Origin: Naegleria gruberi
Taxonomy: Eukaryota
DNA: 64,000 nucleotides
Assembly (NCBI GenBank): GCA_000004985.1
Contig: GG738897.1
Direction: 5' to 3' (one strand)
Positions 56,901-64,000 of this stretch are shown in pieces (position 1 is the stretch's first letter; each line of letters opens with the position of its first letter). A program made the position numbers and the translations under genes. Below the pieces are notes generated by a model. It was given only the letters and a program-made list of their open reading frames with translations, made no database searches and had not been told where the DNA came from.

Positions 56901-58376
56901 GATTTGATTATTAAAGTCAAGTTTTGAGTTTCCACATTGAAATTGTAAAGTGATGTATCTAAATTAGTGAAAATCAAAACATCACCATTTCCAATATGGA
57001 TTGAATTGGCGACTAGCATGTAAAAACGCTGTGGAATGTTGGCCGTGTATTTGATTAATCTTTCACAACCCAATAAAGTGGTCATTTTTCCATTTGAAAC
57101 CTTTCGTAAATAATATGCTCTGTCAATAAAGTACAAGTCATTCTTATAGTAGAATGGGAATAAAACACTTCCTGTTGAATACATTTGGAGAGGTGAAATG
57201 TTTTCACCATTTGGATGATTAATTATTCCACCAGATAATGTGGAAACCATCTTGGTTTGTAAATCAATCTTTCGAATACAACTATTCGATTTATCTGCCA
57301 CTATTATCGCATTCTGAGTGATAATTAAAGAAGATGGTTCATAAAACTTGGTATTTAAAGAATCGAATAATTGATTATCACCATCGTATCCTTCTGAACC
57401 TCCAATAAGGATTTTAGTTTCATCTGAATTCAACAATTTCATTTGTATGAAATTATTACTTTGAGATGAAGTGTAAATTTCACCTCCATTCGAAACATAG
57501 ATACCATATCTTTCGTATAATTATTAAACAAATCATTCAATTATTCACTTACAAATTAGATTGAGCCACTCCTCCATCCACAATTCTATACATTCCATTT
57601 CCATCAATTGACTTGACTCTTTCTGCATCTGTAAAATAGACAATATCCTTATTTCCATTAGAAACAACGAATATATTCTTTGGAGATTGTAATTTCAAAA
57701 GCTTGGCATCTACACCATCATAATCACCATTTAAATAACCACCTCCTCCAATAATGGAAGTTTGTTTTGTGGAAATTTCGTATTTCTTGATTAGATTATT
57801 ATCTGTATCTGAAATGTAGGCAAATCCATTGGAAGAAACATAAACACCTCTTGGATTATTAAACGCATGTGCTATAGATGATGTTGTTCTTGTTCTATTC
57901 GAAACTATTCTAATCTTATTATTGAGTGAATCAGCAATAAACAAATCACCATTCAATGGATTCACAGATATAGCTGTCGGTGTATTCAATAATGTACCCA
58001 CAGCCTTCAATCCATCTCCATTGAATCCAGAAGTCACATATCCTGCATAAACTTCTGCATATTTATACATGTCAAAAATCCTAAAAACTACATGTCTATC
58101 AGCATCTGCAACAAAGACATCTCCATTCAAACCAGCACTCAAACCAGTAGGAGACAACATGTAGGCATATTTAGCCTCCACAATATCAAAATTATTGTTG
58201 AAACCTTCAAGTGTCTGTGTATAATAATTGACAGGTGTTGAAGATAGCGATTCCACAACCACCACCACCCCTGTAGACAACAACGCCATGAATACAAGCG
58301 CAAGGTATAAACATTGAATCCTCCTTGTTGTGCATAACATATTCTGACATCCATTGCTCAACCCACTTGTTACCAT
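53991..58376 (-). CDS. Receptor-like protein kinase of about 1409 aa: signal peptide, NHL-type beta-propeller repeats, EGF-like module, single TM, Ser/Thr-type kinase domain. 4 exons (58376..57553, 57509..56418, 56351..54331, 54283..53991)
   Basis: Four ORF-track segments join through GTAAGT donors at 57552, 56417 and 54330. Acceptors (tacgaaag|, aactgtag|, ctattcag|) give introns of 43, 66 and 41 nt, and the phases 2/2/1 reconcile exactly. Signal peptide CLYLALVFMALLSTGVVVVV. Repeated NHL-like units (…GDVFVADADRHVVFRI…; …GDLFIADSLNNKIRIV…; …AYISDTDNNLIKKY…). EGF-like CNGNGQCSDIDVCQCKIGFEGQFCE. TM LIVAIVIPIVGVLLILLIVVILIIVIVVCF. Kinase motifs GQGAFGSVYKV, AIK, HRDIKQTNIF, DFGLAK, GTPLYMSPEV (last split by intron 3). 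Confidence 0.6.
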
Positions 58377-58673
58377 TTTTTTTCAGTGTTTGTTGAAATC
58401 CGCCAGAAATATTCGTTCACTGTCCAGTGAGAAATTTGTGGATTGGTGTAACACAACAAGAACACATTTCCAGCCAAGAAACGTAGAAAAATTTATTGCC
58501 TTGTTTAGAAAAAAAGTTCCACCTATGGCGCAAATTGATTCGTTCCTATGAAATTGGTTTAGCTATGGGGGAAAATGGTTTGCCTGTTGTTTGCCTTCTT
58601 GGTGTGTCTTCAAGCTATTCCTTTTTGCTTAAATTTTTATCAAAACCGGGCACGATAATGCAAAAAGGTGAAT

Positions 58674-58759
58674 ACCCAATGCCAGGAATTGAACCTGGAT
58701 CACGTGAATACTGGATTTTACTCCAAGGAGACACTTGTCTTTCATTAGACGACACTGGG
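58674..58759 (-). pseudogene. tRNA-like remnant (intact acceptor stem and T-arm, degenerate D and anticodon arms), about 150 bp 3' of tRNA-Gly
   Basis: Reverse complement CCCAGTG-TC-GTCT-AATGAA-AGAC-…-CCAGG-TTCAATT-CCTGG-CATTGGG-T. Acceptor stem pairs 7/7 (one G·U), D-stem GTCT/AGAC, perfect T-arm with B-box-like GGTTCAATTCC. No D-loop GG and no 5-bp anticodon stem can be formed; 86 nt. Confidence 0.4.
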
Positions 58760-58904
58760 TTGATATTTAGAAAAAATTGGAATGACCTATTTCTAATAAC
58801 AATCGGATATTGTTCATATTTTTGGTTTGCAATAATCAATCAATAGGCAAAAATGCAGTTTTGAAACTTCATTAAAATCTAACCTTAACAAACTAAAAGC
58901 GATA

Positions 58905-58975
58905 TGCATTAGCCGGGAGTCGAACCCGGGTCACCAGCTTGGAAGGCTGGTATGATACCGTTACACTACTAATGC
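58905..58975 (-). tRNA. tRNA-Gly (anticodon UCC)
   Basis: Reverse complement GCATTAG-…-CCAGC-CTTCCAA-GCTGG-TGAC-CCGGG-TTCGACT-CCCGG-CTAATGC-A. Acceptor 7/7, anticodon stem 5/5 with loop CT-TCC-AA, T-arm GGGTTCGACTCCCGG. 3' half near-identical to metazoan tRNA-Gly(TCC). The D-arm is atypical (short, poor stem), as in many Gly tRNAs. Confidence 0.75.
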
Positions 58976-59089
58976 TTCCTTTCTATATCTTATATTATGA
59001 GTATTGTATATTATATTTGACATGCTGTCTTATGTGATGAGAATGTAAAATTAATTTCAATAATTGAGTGTATTTCTTGCCAACAAGCC

Positions 59090-60439
59090 CTAACAATAAT
59101 CTTGTAAAGTAAATGAGTATTGGTTCTGGAAATTGGATCTAGCTAGTTTAGGAGCCATTAGCCTCAAGCTTTCCAATAATGATTGTCTCTTCTCTGTCGA
59201 AAAGGAGAAATTTCCAATTTCCAAATAATAAAGGTTTGGTAACATTCCACCACCAAACTTGACATTATCAACTTCGTCCACCAAAACTTGTCCGTATCCA
59301 CCATTCCTTCTCTCCACTCTAAAATACTCAATCTGAGTAAATTCACCTATTCTCGAATAGAAATCTCCAGATATTTGATGACAAACACCAAGGTTCAAAT
59401 GTTTCAACTTAGGAAGAGCCTTCAAGAATCCATACAATCCTTCATCATTAATAGAAACTCCTATATATCCATAGCCATGATCAACGTCAATAGAAATTTT
59501 TTCAAGATTAGGGCACATTCTAGTTATGTACATTAGTATATTTACATCACAATAGTTATGAAAAAATATTTCAAGATCCAACAAATTAGGTGTCAACTTG
59601 AGAATGTCAATAACAAATTTTTGAGATTGTACATCATCCAAAATACATCCAGACACAATTCTCAAGTTTTTCAATGAGGTCAGTAGGGGACACTCGTAGA
59701 AATCTTCATATTTTTCATCTGAAACAGAATCTCCAAAGCTGATCTCCAAATTCTCCACCAAATGACAAAATCTCAACACATAATACATATCACTCAATAA
59801 ATGCTCGAAATACAATTTTAAATTCTTCATAAAGAAACCAAGTGGGATTGTTATAATTTCCTTTTCCTTAACTATTCGTTTCTCCTCAATTGTTGACTCT
59901 CCCTCATTGCTAAAATTAAAGCCAACAGTTGGTTGCAACACAACAAATGGAATTTTTCTTTTTTCATAAATGGAATCAAAATTTTTAACCTCCATTTCGA
60001 AATAAACCTTAGCATTAACAAAATTAAAGAAATTAAATTCCAATTCTTCTGAAAGAAGCTTTAAATTTCCTCTATATTGTTCGGCTATTTTCGTGAACAA
60101 TGCAAAATTAAATGTACTAGCATCAATAACCACATTTTTGCAAATTCTCAATATTGTTGCAATTGACCAATATTCATGTTGATTTTGTACATATTCAACA
60201 GCCATTGGATACATGATCGAAATCCAATCACGAATGATTGAATAATTTCTCTGACAAGTCATTGAATAATTTATCAATCCACCAAACGTCAGAAATTTAA
60301 ACATGTAATTTAATTCATCACTCGCCAATCGATCGAGAATGATCTCGGAATGATCATTTGCAATTTTTGTTTTTTTAGCCATTTCCATATTTTTCAATGA
60401 AAAATCGGAAAGAGTTCCACTATGGGTGCGTTTCAACAT
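59090..60439 (-). CDS. F-box-like / LRR (FBXL-type) protein
   Basis: N-terminal SEIILDRLASDELNYMFKFLTFGGLINYSMTCQRNYSIIRDW fits an F-box loosely. C-terminal irregular Leu-rich repeats (…LKNLRIVSGCILDDVQ…LKLTPNLLDLEIFF…LKALPKLKHLNLGVCHQISGDFYSRIGEFTQIEYF…LPNLYYLEIGNFSF…). 449 aa, single exon. Confidence 0.4.
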   Translation of the reverse strand: MLKRTHSGTLSDFSLKNMEMAKKTKIANDHSEIILDRLASDELNYMFKFLTFGGLINYSMTCQRNYSIIRDWISIMYPMAVEYVQNQHEYWSIATILRICKNVVIDASTFNFALFTKIAEQYRGNLKLLSEELEFNFFNFVNAKVYFEMEVKNFDSIYEKRKIPFVVLQPTVGFNFSNEGESTIEEKRIVKEKEIITIPLGFFMKNLKLYFEHLLSDMYYVLRFCHLVENLEISFGDSVSDEKYEDFYECPLLTSLKNLRIVSGCILDDVQSQKFVIDILKLTPNLLDLEIFFHNYCDVNILMYITRMCPNLEKISIDVDHGYGYIGVSINDEGLYGFLKALPKLKHLNLGVCHQISGDFYSRIGEFTQIEYFRVERRNGGYGQVLVDEVDNVKFGGGMLPNLYYLEIGNFSFSTEKRQSLLESLRLMAPKLARSNFQNQYSFTLQDYC

Positions 60440-60691
60440 TTTTTTTAATATTGATTTGCTTTCCGAATTTTTACAACAAGAAAATTTCCACTAATTTCTA
60501 TGAAATACGAATTTATTGTGTTAAAAATAAAATCAAAAAATTACATCTAGAGCAAACATCACAACAACATCCGAGAGCAGGAACACAAACTTAATGTTTC
60601 CCATCATGAGATGATCATTGTCATTTTGCAAATAATTAGAAAGGAGTATTCTTCAGGCTCCTCTTTCTATAGGATAGAATTCTAGTACAAA

Positions 60692-61801
60692 TTAATCTTC
60701 CATGATATCAACCTTTTCATTCAAGGCAGCATCAGAGGCAAGGGATTGCTCAACAAGTTCTTGACTTTCTGAAGGAGCAACTGTGGTTGTTTCTTCTTCT
60801 TCTTCTTGAGATGGAGCAGAACTTTCCTTTTGAGCAGTTTCTTCTTCTTCAGTTTCTTTAACAAGTCTGTGTCTCTTCAAATTGGACAAGTATTTGGATA
60901 AACTCATTGTGAAAACCATTTCTTCTTCATCTTCAGTAGCATCAAAGATAATGTAAACCTTAAAATCATTCTTAGCTTCACTCTTCTTACAAGCAATAAT
61001 ACCACTTTCACCTTCACCAATAATTACATAATCTTCATTCTTCTTCATCCACTCTGGACAATCATCATCGTTCAAGATAAAGATTTCATGCTTGATGAGA
61101 CCAAAGGAATGACCGCCAACATGCTTCTTAGTAATGGTGAACTTGATATCCTCTGGGAATTTAGCAGAGACGAAAGCATTAATTTCCTCTGGAATTGGTT
61201 CTTCATCTCTGTAGGCACGCTTTGGGAGATTGAGCTTAATAGTGGCACCCAACTTTTTCATCAATTCGAAATTCTTCTTAGATAATGGATAGGTCCATTC
61301 TTCCTTTTGCTTATTGGTAGTCTTCTTTTCAGCGGCAACATCTTCATCAGCCATTTGATTTTCAACATTTTCCTTATCTTCAGTTTCCTTCTTAGCAGCA
61401 GCCTTCTTCTTGTTCATCTTTTCAGTGAGTTTACTTCTCTTATCGAAGGAATTCTTACTTGCAGGCTTGGATGCCTTTTCTTCCAAGCTCTTATAATTGA
61501 CGTTCTTTCTTCTTCTGGTACCAGCAACAATGTTGGAAGAATCGAATTCACCACCAACTTTGACCATTCTCTTGGAACGATCCTTTTCCTTGGTTTTGAA
61601 ACCAGTCAAGAGCAAGACTCTCTTACCATTCTCATCTTCCACGAGTTTGGCTCCTGTAATCTTTTCCTTAAAATCACGAGTGCAGACTTGGAATTCTTTG
61701 GCAAGTTCTTTGACTGGAGCAAGTTCTTCATCAATTTCAGTTTCGTCGATTGGATTGTATCTCTTTTTACCGACGCTGATTACTTTAGTGGCCTTTGGCA
61801 T
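60692..61801 (-). CDS. Basic N-terminus / acidic C-terminal-tail protein, probably nuclear (possible PH-like histone-chaperone fold), function uncertain
   Basis: 369-aa ORF; K/R-rich N-terminal third, central …KKHVGGHSFGLIKHEIFILNDDDCPEWMKKNEDYVIIGEGESGIIACKK…VYIIFDATEDEEEMVFTMS block, then Glu/Thr-rich acidic tail (…ETEEEETAQKESSAPSQEEEEETTTV…). Antisense ORFs 61307..61859 on the plus strand are spurious. Confidence 0.4.
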   Translation of the reverse strand: MPKATKVISVGKKRYNPIDETEIDEELAPVKELAKEFQVCTRDFKEKITGAKLVEDENGKRVLLLTGFKTKEKDRSKRMVKVGGEFDSSNIVAGTRRRKNVNYKSLEEKASKPASKNSFDKRSKLTEKMNKKKAAAKKETEDKENVENQMADEDVAAEKKTTNKQKEEWTYPLSKKNFELMKKLGATIKLNLPKRAYRDEEPIPEEINAFVSAKFPEDIKFTITKKHVGGHSFGLIKHEIFILNDDDCPEWMKKNEDYVIIGEGESGIIACKKSEAKNDFKVYIIFDATEDEEEMVFTMSLSKYLSNLKRHRLVKETEEEETAQKESSAPSQEEEEETTTVAPSESQELVEQSLASDAALNEKVDIMED

Positions 61802-62426
61802 TTTTGTGTTAGCTAGATTTGTTGGATTTTTTTTGTTGTTTTGTGTGAAGAGAAGGTGAACAAGAGGTGAGGGCTTTTATTTTGAATTTGATCGTGTAAC
61901 GGTTTTTGAATGGCGGGAAATCAACAAATCCAACGATTTGAATTTCCACTTTTCTATGGAAAGACGCAACCAGAAACACAGCAATAAAACATTCGGATAC
62001 AATAGACGTTACATTTAAATTGTGTGAGTTTGTTGCCAGCTGTAATTCACTATTGGCGCCAATTCTTGGTACTAATGGCTTGATGTTGCCAAAGAAGGCA
62101 AGCAAGAGAAAACAACAAAAGATTTCGAAGAAACAACAATTATCATCAATACGTAATGTAACATGATGAAAGTAATGCAAACAATTAAATAATAATCAGA
62201 ATTTACATGTTAAAGATCATGATATTGTTATCCTTACAATAAAGGTGAATGCTGTTTTAATCAATAAATTGCTGCTGTCATCCGTCCTTGATTAAAAATA
62301 AATCTCTTAACCTTCCCATAGTAAGAGAAAGACATTCATAAAAAAACAAGATTATTCACATATATCTCTTCATGTTAATAATTCAATTCGACTTATTATT
62401 CGATTCCAAATTTTAAACGAAACACA

Positions 62427-64000
62427 ATGAATGATCCCTCTAATACTTTCCCAGCAGCGAGCCAGCCTTCCACTACTGATGACAATAATCATGGTGATGA
62501 TGAAGTTGTGGTGAATAACAGTTCATCAACTACTCTCTTTCCAACTTTCCCTCCTTCTCTATCATCAACAATCAATAACACTTCATCATTACTTATTAAC
62601 AACAATAATTCTCTATTTTCATTCCAGCCTCTGCAATCAAACCCACCAATACCATCATCATCATTCTTTAACACTTCCAGCAACAATAATTCTTCTTCTT
62701 CCTTCTTTCATCACAATGATAATAATTCAAACAAAACAAATTTCTTTTCCTCCTCAACTTTTGAAATTAAAAACAATAACAACACGCAACTACGAGCCGC
62801 AACGAAAGAAGAGCAACATCAACAACATGTAATTACATCACCATTATCACCGATAAGCCTACGGCTTACATCTGCTAGTAATAATAATAATAATAACTGT
62901 ACTGGAATTAATAATAACATGAATATTAACAATAATGAATCAACGGAGAGGAGTCTAACAATTTTCAAAGCATTGAATAATAATAATAATAATACTAATA
63001 ACAATTTTAATCACATTAATAATAATAATATTAACAATAAGGAGGCTAGATCATCATCGGAACGAATTGGAAGACAAAATGTAAATAACATCTTCTCTAG
63101 CCCTTCTCATGCTAATAGCAACAATATTCATAACAATAATACCTCTCCATTATTTTCTCTACAAAGTAATAGTAATAATAGAGAAATGGAAATAGATACC
63201 TCAGGATTACTTGATTCTGAGAGGGTTTCATTTAGTATTAGTACATCAACAACAAGTAATCCCATCAATTCACTTCCAATTCCATACCAAACAGGAGTAG
63301 CTGATTCAACTCTTCATATTGCTACTGAAAGCTCATATTCAGAAAATTCACACAATTTACTGAATAATAGTTATGATAATATAAATCCCTCCGAGGAAGT
63401 TATTAGAAAAACAAGACACCAAATTGAAACAGTTGAAAATTGGGTACGACGTGCAAGTTTTTATTATCTAGTGAAGGGATTATCAATAGGATTATTGATT
63501 TTCCTCTTTTTATCCTTATTTGTGGCAGTTCTTGTTGGCCTTGCTACATTTGCCTTGGAAGAAATGAGAACCAAGAGCATTAGAGAAACGGCCAAGTACA
63601 ATTGCTTTATGGCAGATAGTGCAATCAAGAAAAGAATCGAGGTGACTATCACTGCTCTAGATAATATTCGAGAGACAGTCATCTCTTGGGATTACAATGT
63701 AGATCCTGACAAGTTTGACGAGTTTGCTATGAAAACAAGTCAATACCAATACTTTAACATCATTCACACATTTGGAATGACAAGGAATTATACACTAACA
63801 GAGGTGTATCCAATGAATGTTTTGAAGAGTCTTGTAGGACAAGAGATTGGAATTGAACCCAATCATAGGGAACAATTACAGATTGCAATAGAAACAAATA
63901 GTACTACTATTTATGGACCATTCCTTACTATCAATAATCAATACAGCTTGATGGCTCAACAGCCAATCCTTGATTTCAATTTAAATTTCTGGGGATTTTC
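62427..64000 (+). CDS. 5' part of a membrane sensor protein with extracellular CHASE-like domain (probable hybrid histidine kinase or similar receptor); runs off the window end
   Basis: ATG at 62427; open to 64000 with no stop (absent from the ORF track for that reason). N-terminal about 350 aa Asn/Ser-rich, TM helix GLSIGLLIFLFLSLFVAVLVGLATFAL. Then …ITALDNIRETVISWDYNVDPDKFDEFAMKTSQYQYFNIIHTFGMTRNYTLTEVYPMNVLKSLVGQEIGIEPNHREQLQIAIETNSTTIYGPFLTINNQYSLMAQQPI, which follows the CHASE pattern (…F..y….f…..t..vaya..V……..G.di……R..il.A..tG…lt.PF.L…….g..a..Piy). Confidence 0.45.
   Translation, partial: MNDPSNTFPAASQPSTTDDNNHGDDEVVVNNSSSTTLFPTFPPSLSSTINNTSSLLINNNNSLFSFQPLQSNPPIPSSSFFNTSSNNNSSSSFFHHNDNNSNKTNFFSSSTFEIKNNNNTQLRAATKEEQHQQHVITSPLSPISLRLTSASNNNNNNCTGINNNMNINNNESTERSLTIFKALNNNNNNTNNNFNHINNNNINNKEARSSSERIGRQNVNNIFSSPSHANSNNIHNNNTSPLFSLQSNSNNREMEIDTSGLLDSERVSFSISTSTTSNPINSLPIPYQTGVADSTLHIATESSYSENSHNLLNNSYDNINPSEEVIRKTRHQIETVENWVRRASFYYLVKGLSIGLLIFLFLSLFVAVLVGLATFALEEMRTKSIRETAKYNCFMADSAIKKRIEVTITALDNIRETVISWDYNVDPDKFDEFAMKTSQYQYFNIIHTFGMTRNYTLTEVYPMNVLKSLVGQEIGIEPNHREQLQIAIETNSTTIYGPFLTINNQYSLMAQQPILDFNLNFWGF

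Noticed and set aside
58674-58759. Third functional tRNA gene (long-arm or intron-containing)
   Set aside because: Acceptor and T-arm are perfect, but no 5-bp anticodon stem can be formed in any register, with or without a canonical 37/38 intron. The D-loop lacks the invariant GG. Treated as a relic or ex-B-box-like element instead.

Overview
This window reads as the extreme left end of a eukaryotic chromosome or scaffold. It is not prokaryotic, so I found no operons and no CRISPR. It opens with about 39 perfect CCCAAA hexamers (G-strand TTTGGG), a short degenerate transition, and a 3,030-bp run of N. After that comes dense, very AT-rich coding DNA. Genes carry short spliceosomal introns with GTAAGT...AG boundaries (41-151 nt), and the ORF track often reads through them. 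Proteins are rich in Asn/Ser/His homopolymers. The standard genetic code is used (TAA/TAG/TGA all terminate ORFs), which rules out a ciliate despite the telomere repeat. Overall the picture fits a dictyostelid-like amoebozoan; I cannot name the species from sequence alone.

I can support about 34 protein-coding genes, two tRNA genes (Ile-AAU, Gly-UCC), a tRNA-like remnant and a truncated paralog fragment.

The most notable items are:
- A secreted GH108 lysozyme plus PG_binding_3 protein of bacterial/phage type, a candidate horizontal acquisition.
- Four RGS-domain genes in 64 kb, two of them RGS-START fusions arranged head-to-head around a serpin.
- A tandem pair of eIF4A-derived pseudo-helicases with every catalytic motif replaced.
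- A roughly 1,400-aa receptor kinase (signal peptide, NHL beta-propeller repeats, EGF, TM, Ser/Thr kinase) spread over four exons.
- A CHASE-domain sensor gene running off the right edge.
- Two probable single-base frameshifts at homopolymers near gene starts, which may reflect draft-quality sequence.

All functional calls come from reading the translated ORFs for motifs. No database search was possible.
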